Part shown: positions 56,005 to 64,000 of the stretch, one piece after another
Position numbering within the stretch: position 1 is the stretch's first letter
Layout: each line of letters starts with the position of its first letter
NCBI GenBank assembly: GCA_046347845.1
Contig: JAXMFH010000006.1
Location: 48,482-112,481, forward strand
DNA length: 64,000 nt
Direction of reading: 5' to 3'
Source of the DNA: Burkholderiales bacterium
Lineage (GTDB): Bacteria; Pseudomonadota; Gammaproteobacteria; Burkholderiales; Casimicrobiaceae
Translations under genes and position numbers: made by a program
Notes under the pieces: generated by a model
Told to the model about the DNA's origin: nothing
Database searches by the model: none
What the model saw: the letters and a program-made list of their open reading frames with translations, nothing else

Positions 56005-56775
56005 TCAGCCCGCCGGGGGCTCCACCAGCGCCCGGTAGGCGTGCCAGGTCGCGTGCCCGATCAGCGGCACCGCGACCACGAGCCCCACGAACAGGAGCGC
56101 GAAGCCGGCGGCGACCACGACGACGATCGTGACCGCCCAGACGATCATCGCCGGCAGGTTCGCCGCGAACGCCCGCGCGCTCGTCAGCACCGCGACGACG
56201 CCGTCGGTCCCCCGGTCGAGCATCATCGGGACCGACACGACGCTGATCGCGAAGACGAGCAGCGCGAAGAAGCCGCCGACGCAGGCGTAGGCGACGAGGA
56301 ACTCGAGGTTGTCCAGGCTGAAGATCTGGCCGAGGAACCCGTGCACCGACGGCATCTCGCTCGTGTAGAACAGCGCGAACACGACGAGCGAGGCGCGCGC
56401 CCACACGAGCAGGATCACCGCGAGCACGATCGCGAACACGCCGATCGCGCCGACGTTTCCCCGCCACGCGTCGAGCGTGGGCGCGAGCCACGCGGGCTCG
56501 CCGCGCTCGCGCCGGCGCGAGAGCGCGTAGAGGCCGGTCGCGAGGAACGGGCCGACGAGGAAGAAGCCGGTCGCGAGCGACGACACGTAGGCCGCCGCGT
56601 GCTCGAAGACGACCGCGATCAGCCACCCCATCGCCGCGAAGCACACCCCGTAGAAGAGGCTCGGCAGCGGGTGCGCGCGGAAGTCGGCGAAGCCGCGCGC
56701 GAGCCAGCCGAACGGCGCGCCGGCGCCCACCGTGCGCACCCCCGGCATCGCGGACGTCTCGTCGCGCTCGCCCAT
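56005..56775 (-). CDS. DUF2189-like integral membrane protein
   Basis: ATG at 56775 (MGERDETS). Five to six TM segments. Confidence 0.7.
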   Translation of the reverse strand: MGERDETSAMPGVRTVGAGAPFGWLARGFADFRAHPLPSLFYGVCFAAMGWLIAVVFEHAAAYVSSLATGFFLVGPFLATGLYALSRRRERGEPAWLAPTLDAWRGNVGAIGVFAIVLAVILLVWARASLVVFALFYTSEMPSVHGFLGQIFSLDNLEFLVAYACVGGFFALLVFAISVVSVPMMLDRGTDGVVAVLTSARAFAANLPAMIVWAVTIVVVVAAGFALLFVGLVVAVPLIGHATWHAYRALVEPPAG

Positions 56776-56798
56776 CGCGTCTCCCTCGACCGCCTGCG

Positions 56799-57587
56799 CT
56801 AGAGGAACGCGCGCAGCGCGTCCAGCACCGCGTCCGGCTGTTCGGCCATCATCGCATGCCCGGTGTCCGGCAACGTCACCACGCGCGCGCCCCGCAGCGC
56901 CTCGACCAGCGCCCTGGTCGCGCGCGGCGGCGCCATCAGGTCGCGAGCGCCGATCACGACCAGCGACGGGCAGCGCACCCCGGCGGCGGCCGCGAGCCCG
57001 CCCTGCCACTCGTTGCACGCGACGAGGTCGGTGTGGAGCACGCCCTTCGGCGTGCGCTCCATCAGGCGGATCGCGTTGCCCATCAGCCACATCCCGGGCA
57101 CCGTGTTGCCGCCGATCTGCTTGCCCGGCGAGGTCGACCACCCGTTGATGAGCTCGTAGGCGACGTGGTCGTCCGCCTTCGCGGCGGCGAGCAGCCCCTC
57201 GCTCACCTCCATCGGTACCGCGGGGCCGCAGAGCGCGATCCGCTCGACGCGGTCCGGGTGGCGCGCCGCGCATGCGAGCGCCGCGAGCGCGCCCAGCGAG
57301 TGGCCGACGAGCGACGCCTTCGCGATACGCGCCGCATCGAGCACGCGCGGCAGCCAGTCCGCGATCGCCTCGACCGAGCGGAGCGCCGGCCCGGCGCTGC
57401 GCCCGTGGCCCGGCAGGTCGACGGCGAGCGCGTTGCGCCCGTGGTGCGCGAAGTAGCGCGACTGCAGCAGCCACACCGAGTGGTCGTTCGCGGCGCCGTG
57501 CACGAACACGACGGACGGTCGCGCGGGATCGAGCGGCCGCGTGCCGGTGTACGCGTAGATCGTCGAACCGCCGACGTCGAGCTCCAT
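56799..57587 (-). CDS. alpha/beta-fold hydrolase
   Basis: VFVHGAAND..., nucleophile elbow GHSLGA, C-terminal His (GHAMM). Confidence 0.85.
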   Translation of the reverse strand: MELDVGGSTIYAYTGTRPLDPARPSVVFVHGAANDHSVWLLQSRYFAHHGRNALAVDLPGHGRSAGPALRSVEAIADWLPRVLDAARIAKASLVGHSLGALAALACAARHPDRVERIALCGPAVPMEVSEGLLAAAKADDHVAYELINGWSTSPGKQIGGNTVPGMWLMGNAIRLMERTPKGVLHTDLVACNEWQGGLAAAAGVRCPSLVVIGARDLMAPPRATRALVEALRGARVVTLPDTGHAMMAEQPDAVLDALRAFL

Positions 57588-57622
57588 CGCGATCGCTCAG
57601 GCCGTCGCGGCGGGCATGGCGC

Positions 57623-59023
57623 TCACGCCTTTCCCGCGGCGTAAAGCGCGCGCGACAGGTCCTCGACCAGGTCGTCGGGATCCTCGAGCCCGATCGACAG
57701 CCGGATCGTTCCCTCGGTGATGCCCGCGCGCTCGAGGTCCTGCGCCGACATCCGGAAGTGCGTCGTCGACGCCGGGTGGATGACGAGCGATTTCGCGTCG
57801 CCGACGTTCGCGAGGTGCGAGAAGAGCTTGAGCGTCTCGATGAACTTCCGGCCCTGCTCGCGCGTCGCCTTCAGGTTGACCGGGAACACCGCGCCGCAGC
57901 CGCGCGGAAGCAGCTTCCGCGCGAGCGCGTGGTCGGGATGGTCGGGCAGCTCCGGGTAGCTCACCGACGCGACCATCGGGTGCTCGCGCAGGAACGCGAC
58001 GATGCGGCGCGCGTTCGCGACGTGCTTCTCCATGCGCACCGGCAGGGTCTCGATCCCCTGCAGGATCTGCCACGCGGTCATCGGCGCCATGCACGCACCG
58101 AAGTCGCGCAGGCCCTCGCGCCGGGCACGGAGCAGGAACGCGGCCGTCGTCGACTCCTCCGAGAACGTCATGTCGTGGAAGCCGGCGTAGGGCTCGGTCA
58201 GCGTCGGGAACTTGCCCTGTGCGGAGGAAGTTCCCCCCGAAGCGCGCGAAGCGCGCTCCCCCCCGGGGGGCTGCGCGTCCTCGGGGCGGCCCGTCGGACG
58301 CGCGGGTATCGCGGCACGGCCCTCCCAGTCGAACGTGCCGCCGTCGACGAGGAGCCCGCCGATGACGACGCCGTGGCCCGAGAGGAACTTGGTCGCCGAG
58401 TGGAACACGAGATCGGCGCCCAGCGCGAACGGCCGCACGAGCCAGGGCGTCGTGAACGTCGAGTCGACGAGGAGCGGCAGGCCGTGGTCGTGCGCGAGCG
58501 CGGCGACGCGCGGAATGTCGAGCACGTCGAGCCCCGGGTTGCCGAGCGTCTCGCCGAAGAGGAGCCGCGTCTCCGGGCGGATCGCCGCGCGCCACGCGTC
58601 GAGGTCGCGCGGGTCGACGAACGTCGTCGTCACGCCGAAGCGCGGCAGCGTGTAGTCGAGCAGGTTGTGCGAGCCGCCGTAGAGCGCGCGCGACGCGACG
58701 ATGTGCGCTCCCGCGCCCATCAGCGTGACGATCGCGAGGTGCAGCGCGGCCTGCCCGCTCGCGGTGGCGATCGCGCCGACGCCGCCCTCGAGCGCGGCGA
58801 TGCGCTCCTCGAGGACCGCGCAGGTCGGGTTCGACAGCCGCGAGTAGACGTGCCCCGCGCGCTCCATGTTGAAGAGCGCGGCGGCGTGGTCGCTGTCGGG
58901 GAACACGAACGACGCCGACTGGTAGATCGGCGTGGCGCGCGCGCCGGTCGCCGGGTCGGGCCGCGCGCCCGCGTGCAGCGAAAGCGTGTCGAATCCGTGC
59001 GTTTTGGGCTTCGGCGTGGTCAT
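57623..59023 (-). CDS. metY: O-acetylhomoserine aminocarboxypropyltransferase/sulfhydrylase (MetY family) with a 34-aa repeat-derived insertion
   Basis: PLP-Lys motif SATKFLSGHG, THGFDTLSLHAG, and the LSIGLED tail. ATG at 59023. Confidence 0.9.
   Translation of the reverse strand: MTTPKPKTHGFDTLSLHAGARPDPATGARATPIYQSASFVFPDSDHAAALFNMERAGHVYSRLSNPTCAVLEERIAALEGGVGAIATASGQAALHLAIVTLMGAGAHIVASRALYGGSHNLLDYTLPRFGVTTTFVDPRDLDAWRAAIRPETRLLFGETLGNPGLDVLDIPRVAALAHDHGLPLLVDSTFTTPWLVRPFALGADLVFHSATKFLSGHGVVIGGLLVDGGTFDWEGRAAIPARPTGRPEDAQPPGGERASRASGGTSSAQGKFPTLTEPYAGFHDMTFSEESTTAAFLLRARREGLRDFGACMAPMTAWQILQGIETLPVRMEKHVANARRIVAFLREHPMVASVSYPELPDHPDHALARKLLPRGCGAVFPVNLKATREQGRKFIETLKLFSHLANVGDAKSLVIHPASTTHFRMSAQDLERAGITEGTIRLSIGLEDPDDLVEDLSRALYAAGKA
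58217..58318 (-). repeat. family A unit embedded in frame in metY (102 nt)
   Basis: CCCCCCGAAGCGCGCGAAGCGCGCTCCCCCCC...TCGGGGCGGCCCGTCGGACGCGCGGGTATC parallels the reverse complement of the 77-bp array unit. Confidence 0.75.
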
Positions 59024-59104
59024 GGCTTCCGCGGCCGTCGTGCCGCGCGTAATCTTATCCGAACGCGGCGGGCAAGGGCTCCCGCGCCACGATCGGAGGC
59101 AGGC

Positions 59105-59530
59105 ATGCAACGCACGGCATCGGCACGCTGGCAGGGAGGCGCGCAGGACGGCTCGGGCACGCTCACGACGCAGAGCGGCACGCTCGCGGACGTCCCGTTC
59201 ACGTTCAAGGCGCGGTTCGGCGACGGCAAGGGCACGAACCCGGAGGAACTGATCGCGGTCGCGCACGCCGGCTGCTTCTCGATGGCGCTCTCCTTCGCGC
59301 TGGGCAACGCCGGCTATGCGCCCCAGTCGATCGACACGCAGGCCGCGCTGACGCTCGAGAAGCAGGAGGCCGGGTTCGCGATCACCGCGATCCACCTGAC
59401 CACCCGCGCGCGGGTGCCGGGCATCGACGCCGCGAAGTTCCACGAGATCGCGAACGGCGCGAAGGCCGGCTGCCCGGTCTCGAAGGTGCTGAAGGCGACG
59501 ATCACGCTGGACGCCTCGCTCGCGTCCTGA
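59105..59530 (+). CDS. osmC: OsmC family peroxiredoxin
   Basis: TNPEELIAVAHAGCFSMAL...AKAGCPVSKVL (two conserved Cys). Confidence 0.9.
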   Translation: MQRTASARWQGGAQDGSGTLTTQSGTLADVPFTFKARFGDGKGTNPEELIAVAHAGCFSMALSFALGNAGYAPQSIDTQAALTLEKQEAGFAITAIHLTTRARVPGIDAAKFHEIANGAKAGCPVSKVLKATITLDASLAS

Positions 59531-59584
59531 TCGGGGCCTCCCCGGGGGAGAAGGCCGCGCCGGGCGCGCCGGGCCAGGTGAGCG

Positions 59585-59590
59585 TACAAT
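59585..59590 (+). promoter_or_regulatory. candidate -10 (TACAAT) 6 nt upstream of ATG 59597
   Basis: AT-rich hexamer. There is no room for an SD, which suggests a leaderless mRNA. Confidence 0.35.
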
Positions 59591-59596
59591 CGTTCG

Positions 59597-60718
59597 ATGG
59601 CGCGCGACCCCCACCGTCCCGCCCCGGCGGGCGCCGCGAGGCGCGGCCGGGGCGCGACGCTCGACCCGCACAACCGCTACCACGCGACGACGCGCGAGTC
59701 GGTCGACGACGGCTGGGCGCCGTCCGCCCCGGACCCCGACGCGGACGCGCCCTCGCGGCAGGTCCGCACGACCGTGGCGATCCAGCCGGCGCGCACGATC
59801 GTCACGCGCAACGACTCGCCGGACATCCCGTTCACGCAGTCGATCAACCCCTACCAGGGCTGCGAGCACGGGTGCGTCTACTGCTACGCGCGGCCCTCGC
59901 ACGCGTACCTCGACCTGTCGCCGGGACTCGACTTCGAGACGAAGCTCTACGCGAAGCCGGACGCGGCGAAGCTGCTGCGCGCCGAGCTCGCGAAGCCCGG
60001 CTACGTCTGCGACCCGATCGCGCTCGGCACCAACACCGATCCCTACCAGCCGATCGAACGCGAGTGGAAGGTCACGCGCTCGATCCTCGAAGTGCTCGCG
60101 GAGACGCGGCACCCGTTCTCCATCGTCACGAAGAACGCGCTCGTCCTGCGCGACCTCGACCTGATCGCGCCGATGGCCGCCGCCGGGCTCGCGCGCGTCT
60201 ACCTGTCGGTCACCACGCTCGATGTCGACCTCGCGCGAAGGCTGGAGCCTCGGGCGAGCGCGCCGGCGCGCCGGCTGCAGGCGCTGCGCGCACTCTCGGA
60301 CGCGGGCGTGCCGGCGGGCGTGATGGTCGCGCCGGTGATCCCGCAGCTGAACGACCGCGACCTCGAGGCGATCCTCGAGGGCGCGGCCGCGGCGGGCGTG
60401 ACGAGCGCGGGCTGGATCATGCTGCGCCTGCCGCGCGAGGTCGCGCCGATGTTCCGCGACTGGCTCGCCGTGCACTATCCCGACCGCGCGGCGCACGTGA
60501 TGAACCTCGTCAACGACCTGCGAGGCGGCCGCGACTACGACTCGCGCTTCGGCGCGCGCATGCGCGGCACCGGCGCGTACGCGGACCTGATCGCGAAGCG
60601 CTTCGAGGTCGCGTGCCGGCGGCTCGGCCTCAACACCGGCCGCGACCGCTCCGCGCTCGACCGCAGCCAGTTCCGGCCGCCTCCGCACGACGACGGGCGC
60701 CAGGCGTCGCTGTTCTGA
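59597..60718 (+). CDS. radical SAM protein (PA0069 / SplB-like, COG1533 family)
   Basis: CEHGCVYC (CxxxCxxC) cluster motif. Confidence 0.9.
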   Translation: MARDPHRPAPAGAARRGRGATLDPHNRYHATTRESVDDGWAPSAPDPDADAPSRQVRTTVAIQPARTIVTRNDSPDIPFTQSINPYQGCEHGCVYCYARPSHAYLDLSPGLDFETKLYAKPDAAKLLRAELAKPGYVCDPIALGTNTDPYQPIEREWKVTRSILEVLAETRHPFSIVTKNALVLRDLDLIAPMAAAGLARVYLSVTTLDVDLARRLEPRASAPARRLQALRALSDAGVPAGVMVAPVIPQLNDRDLEAILEGAAAAGVTSAGWIMLRLPREVAPMFRDWLAVHYPDRAAHVMNLVNDLRGGRDYDSRFGARMRGTGAYADLIAKRFEVACRRLGLNTGRDRSALDRSQFRPPPHDDGRQASLF

Positions 60719-60783
60719 CCCGCGCGGCCCGCGGCCGGCGCGGGCGGTATCATCGGCGCCGGCCGAGGACCGCGGGAGCGACG

Positions 60784-61431
60784 ATGAAGAGCCTGACCGA
60801 GCGACTGCGCGCCTGCTACACGGGCGCGGTGCACGACGTGCTGCGGATGATGGGCCACGAGCGCGTCGTGCTGCCCGCCGCGATCAAGCCGCTCGACCCC
60901 TCGCTCAAGCTCGCCGGCCCCGTCTGGACCGTCTCGGGGCACCTCGACCGCACGAAGACGCGCCACGAGACGCTGCTCGGCTGGTGCACGCTGCTCTCGA
61001 AGGCGCCCGCGGGCCACGTCGTCGTCTGCCAGCCGAACAACCACGAGGTGGCGATGATGGGCGAGCTCTCGGCGCAGACGCTCGCCGCGCGCGGCGTGCT
61101 GGGCTTCGTCGTCGACGGCGGCTCGCGAGACACCGAGCTCGTGCTCGAGCAGCGCTTCCCGGTCTGGTGCTCGTTCCTCACGCCGTCCGACATCGTGGCG
61201 CGCTGGATTCCCGACGCCTACGGCGCGCCGGTCGACATCGGCGGCGTGACGATCTCGACCGGCGACTTCCTGCTCGCCGACCGCGACGGCGTCGTGATCG
61301 TGCCGCGCGCGATCGCCGAGGACGTCGTGACGCGCACCGAGGAAGTCGTCTCGACCGAGAGCGACATGCGCCGCGCGCTCGTCGGCGGGATGGACCCCGT
61401 CGACGCGTACAACACCTACGGCAAGTTCTGA
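60784..61431 (+). CDS. RraA family protein (RNase E regulator / HMG-aldolase fold)
   Basis: MMGELSAQTLAARGVLGFVVDGGSRD...GDFLLADRDGVVIVP. Confidence 0.85.
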   Translation: MKSLTERLRACYTGAVHDVLRMMGHERVVLPAAIKPLDPSLKLAGPVWTVSGHLDRTKTRHETLLGWCTLLSKAPAGHVVVCQPNNHEVAMMGELSAQTLAARGVLGFVVDGGSRDTELVLEQRFPVWCSFLTPSDIVARWIPDAYGAPVDIGGVTISTGDFLLADRDGVVIVPRAIAEDVVTRTEEVVSTESDMRRALVGGMDPVDAYNTYGKF

Positions 61432-61458
61432 GCACGCTCCGTCCGCCACGCCCACCGC

Positions 61459-62136
61459 ATGAAGCTCGCGATCCTCCCGGTCACGCCCTACCAGCAGAAC
61501 TGCTCGCTCGTCGTGTGCACGCGGACGAACCGCGCCGCGCTCGTCGATCCCGGCGGCGAGGTCGACCGCCTGCTCGCCGCGGTCGCGAAGAGCGGCGCGA
61601 CGCTCGAGAAGGTGCTCGTCACGCACGGCCACGTCGACCACTGCGGCGGCGCGGCCGAGGTCGCGCAGCGCACCGGCGTGCCGATCGAGGGGCCGCACCG
61701 CGAGGACGCGTTCTGGATCGAGGGGCTCGGCCGCCAGGGCGCGAGCTTCGGCGTGCCGGATGCGCGACCGTTCACGCCCGACCGCTGGCTCGACCAGGGG
61801 GACGTCGTGACGGTGGGCGAGCTCGCGTTCGACGTGCTGCACTGTCCCGGCCACACGCCCGGCCACGTCGTGTTCGCGTCGAGCGAGCGCGGCATCGCGT
61901 TCGTCGGCGACGTGCTGTTCGCCGGCTCGATCGGCCGCACCGACTTCCCGCGCGGCGACTTCGACACGCTGATCCGGTCGATCACCGAACGGCTGTGGCC
62001 GCTCGGCGACGACGTGCAGTTCGTGCCGGGCCACGGCCCGATGTCGACGTTCGGCGACGAGCGCCGCACGAACCCGTTCGTGAGCGACGCGGCGCTGGGG
62101 CGGGCGCATCCGCGTGCGCCGGTCGAGGGTGACTGA
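61459..62136 (+). CDS. MBL-fold metallo-hydrolase (glyoxalase II-like)
   Basis: THGHVDHCGG metal motif, HCPGHTPGH, FAGSIGRTDFP. Confidence 0.9.
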   Translation: MKLAILPVTPYQQNCSLVVCTRTNRAALVDPGGEVDRLLAAVAKSGATLEKVLVTHGHVDHCGGAAEVAQRTGVPIEGPHREDAFWIEGLGRQGASFGVPDARPFTPDRWLDQGDVVTVGELAFDVLHCPGHTPGHVVFASSERGIAFVGDVLFAGSIGRTDFPRGDFDTLIRSITERLWPLGDDVQFVPGHGPMSTFGDERRTNPFVSDAALGRAHPRAPVEGD

Positions 62137-62176
62137 GGCGCCCGCACCCCGCCCAGCCCGTGCCAGCCGGCCATCA

Positions 62177-62197
62177 CCCCCCGTCAGGAACGGGGGG
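62177..62197 (+). terminator. hairpin CCCCCCGT-CAGGA-ACGGGGGG after the MBL gene
   Basis: 8-bp GC stem 41 nt after the stop. No U tract. Confidence 0.3.
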
Positions 62198-62232
62198 CGC
62201 GACGCCGCGCCAGTGACCAACCCGGGGAAGGG

Positions 62233-62718
62233 ATGACCATGCCCGACATGCTCGTGAAGCTCTGGGAGCTGCCGCCGCTCGAGCCGGCGATCGAGAACGC
62301 GGCGGCGCGCGGCGTCGTCGTGCGCCGCGCGCTCGCGCCCGAGAAGCCCGCCGTGCTCGACTGGATGCGCGCGCACTTCCCCGCGTGGGCCGCCGAGGCC
62401 GACGTCGCGTTCTCGCGCCAGCCGGTCGCGTGCTTCGTCGCGATCCGCGACGGCCTCGTGCTCGGCTTCGCGTGCCACGACGCGATCGCGCCCGACTTCT
62501 TCGGACCCACGGCGGTGCTCGAGCCCGCGCGCGGACAGGGGCTCGGCCGCGCGCTCGCGCTCGCCGCGATGCACGCGCTGAAGGCGCAGGGCTACGCGTA
62601 CGCGATCGTGGGCGGCGTCGGGCCGGCGGCGTTCTACGAGAAGACGCTGGGCGCGGTCGCGATCGCCGGGTCGGCGCCGGGCATCTACGCGGGGATGCTG
62701 AAGTCGACGTCGGGCTGA
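62233..62718 (+). CDS. GNAT family N-acetyltransferase
   Basis: RGQGLGRALALAAMHALKAQGYAYA acetyl-CoA binding motif. Confidence 0.8.
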   Translation: MTMPDMLVKLWELPPLEPAIENAAARGVVVRRALAPEKPAVLDWMRAHFPAWAAEADVAFSRQPVACFVAIRDGLVLGFACHDAIAPDFFGPTAVLEPARGQGLGRALALAAMHALKAQGYAYAIVGGVGPAAFYEKTLGAVAIAGSAPGIYAGMLKSTSG

Positions 62719-62888
62719 AACCCCACCCACGCCGCTCGACGCCCCTGTGGGTCCGGTTTCAGCCGGACGCAGTTCGAACCGGCCAACCGCGGCCCCCTTG
62801 ACCGCCGTCAACCCGAATCGCGCGGGATGGTTTTCACTAGCGGCATCGCCACCCCGCGTCGGCTGCCCGACGCCCCCGGAGCAACGCC

Positions 62889-63434
62889 GTGACCGACCCC
62901 GTCGCCGCCTGGCACACCGAGCACGCCTACTTCGCCCAGCTCCTGCGCCTCCTGCGCCGGGAGATCGACGTCATCCACGGGGGCGGCGACCCGAACTACG
63001 AGCTGATGGTCGACGTCCTGCGCTACCTGCACGAGTACGCGGACCGCGTCCACCATCCGCGCGAGGACGTCGCGTTCGCGCGCCTCGCGCGCCACAGTCC
63101 CGAGATGAAGGCGACGCTCGACCGGCTCCACCAGGAGCATCGCGTCATCGAGACCGCGGGCGCGGACCTGCTCGCCCGGGTCGAGGCGGCCGTGGGCGGG
63201 GAGGTCGTGCCGCGCGAGAAGATCGAGGCGGCCGCCGCGACGTTCCTCGTGTTCTACGAGAGCCACCTCGCGCGCGAGGAGAACGAGGTGCTCGCGCGCG
63301 CCGGCAAGCTGCTGACCGCCGCGGACTGGGACGCCGTCCGCTCGAGCGTCCCCGCGCTGCCGGATCCCGTGTTCGGCAAGGATCCGCAGGAGCGCTTCAG
63401 GCAGTTGCGGCGGCAGATCGCGCGGGAGTCCTGA
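62889..63434 (+). CDS. hemerythrin-domain (HHE cation-binding) protein
   Basis: H..H...E spacing: WHTEHAYF, HHPREDVAF, HQEHRV, YESHLAREENEV. Confidence 0.85.
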   Translation: MTDPVAAWHTEHAYFAQLLRLLRREIDVIHGGGDPNYELMVDVLRYLHEYADRVHHPREDVAFARLARHSPEMKATLDRLHQEHRVIETAGADLLARVEAAVGGEVVPREKIEAAAATFLVFYESHLAREENEVLARAGKLLTAADWDAVRSSVPALPDPVFGKDPQERFRQLRRQIARES

Positions 63435-63527
63435 GCGCCCGCGTGGCCCGCCGGCTCACGGCCGCCGCGCTGCGTCGATTCGGCGCGCGCCGCGGGCGCG
63501 CCGGCGCCGGGGTGGCGCCCTCGAGCC

Positions 63528-64000
63528 ATGCCGACAGGCCTCACTCTGCTCCGACCGGCCGCGACGCTCGCGGCTGCGATCTTCGCCGTTGCGCTCGGCG
63601 GATGCGCGTCACAGCCGTTGCTCTATCCACGCTACCCGGATGATCCGCTCGCTGCCGCGACCATCCCGACGGACCAGGCGAGAGTGACCGTGTACCGAAT
63701 GGCGCCCGAGCCCCACCCCTGGTATTTCCCCACTGCCGCATTGCGGAAGGTCGAGGTGGAACTGGACGGCGCTTCGCTCGTGCCGGACGTCGACATCGGC
63801 GAGTATGGCGTGCGCATCGTGGCCACCGGCGCACACGCGCTGCGCGTCGGGCTCTCCGGGTGGCCGGGGAGCTGCGTCGTGAACGTCGACCTCGCCGCGG
63901 GGACGACCAGCTACTACCGGATCCTGCCCAGGCCCTCGTACTGGCACGCGACGCTCGCCGCGCAGGTGACGTACGGCGTGAGCGCCGGCATCCCTCTCGT
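63528..64000 (+). CDS. hypothetical lipoprotein, 3' end outside window
   Basis: ATG 63528 is open to the window end. Lipobox LGGC in MPTGLTLLRPAATLAAAIFAVALGGC. Not in the ORF track because it has no stop. Confidence 0.55.
   Translation, partial: MPTGLTLLRPAATLAAAIFAVALGGCASQPLLYPRYPDDPLAAATIPTDQARVTVYRMAPEPHPWYFPTAALRKVEVELDGASLVPDVDIGEYGVRIVATGAHALRVGLSGWPGSCVVNVDLAAGTTSYYRILPRPSYWHATLAAQVTYGVSAGIPL

Noticed and set aside
23112-59530. Apparent enrichment of redox and oxidative-stress genes (dsbC, sodB, sodC, SOD-like, DsbD-like, three thioredoxin-fold proteins, osmC, fpr, hemerythrin) as a possible island
   Set aside because: The genes are scattered among core housekeeping genes. There are no compositional shifts, no mobility genes and no shared regulation signals visible. 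Without genome-wide statistics I cannot support an enrichment.
59024-60688. N-terminal 555-aa extension of the ORF that contains metY (57623-60688)
   Set aside because: The extension overlaps osmC and the radical-SAM gene on the opposite strand and has shadow-ORF composition. MetY homology begins at MTTPKPKTHGFDTL (ATG 59023).

Overview
Very GC-rich chromosomal DNA with proteobacterial, most likely betaproteobacterial (Burkholderiales-like), core gene order. The taxon is inferred from synteny only. About 75 protein genes are densely packed and almost all are housekeeping. They include rpoN(partial)-hpf-ptsN-hprK-rapZ, ubiX, yebC, ruvC/ruvA/ruvB, ybgC-tolQ-tolR-tolA, pepN, fpr, dsbC, hslV, sodB, sodC, dksA, pyrC, the RNase P RNA (rnpB), fabI, hslU, a TetR-HlyD-ABC-ABC2-OMF efflux operon, a DsbD-like/thioredoxin pair, a Mn2+ (yybP-ykoY) riboswitch in front of a GDT1/UPF0016 exporter, leuS-lptE-holA, rsmE, metY, osmC, and radical-SAM/RraA/MBL/GNAT/hemerythrin genes. 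I found no cas genes, integrase, transposase, phage genes or recognisable toxin-antitoxin or defence genes, so I cannot name a novel multi-gene system with confidence. The non-ordinary content falls into four groups. (1) A MITE-like hairpin element family has perfect 25-31 bp terminal inverted repeats built from CAG-phased heptamers. Its three copies each fill a stop-codon-to-start-codon junction (hprK|rapZ, tolQ|tolR, hslU|AEC permease). (2) A 77-78 bp GC-rich palindromic unit occurs as a 7.5-copy tandem array after tolA, as 2.5 in-frame copies at the 5' end of a HAD gene, as a half unit, and as a 102-nt in-frame insertion inside metY. A different REP-like hairpin sits in frame inside leuS. 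(3) An SPFH(YdjI-like)-excisionase-HTH fusion is followed by a DUF4019 gene and a double zinc-ribbon membrane protein gene. (4) Synteny is broken at two normally conserved operons: hslV is uncoupled from hslU, and the tol cluster ends after tolA. All long antisense ORFs in the six-frame track are treated as GC-driven shadow ORFs.
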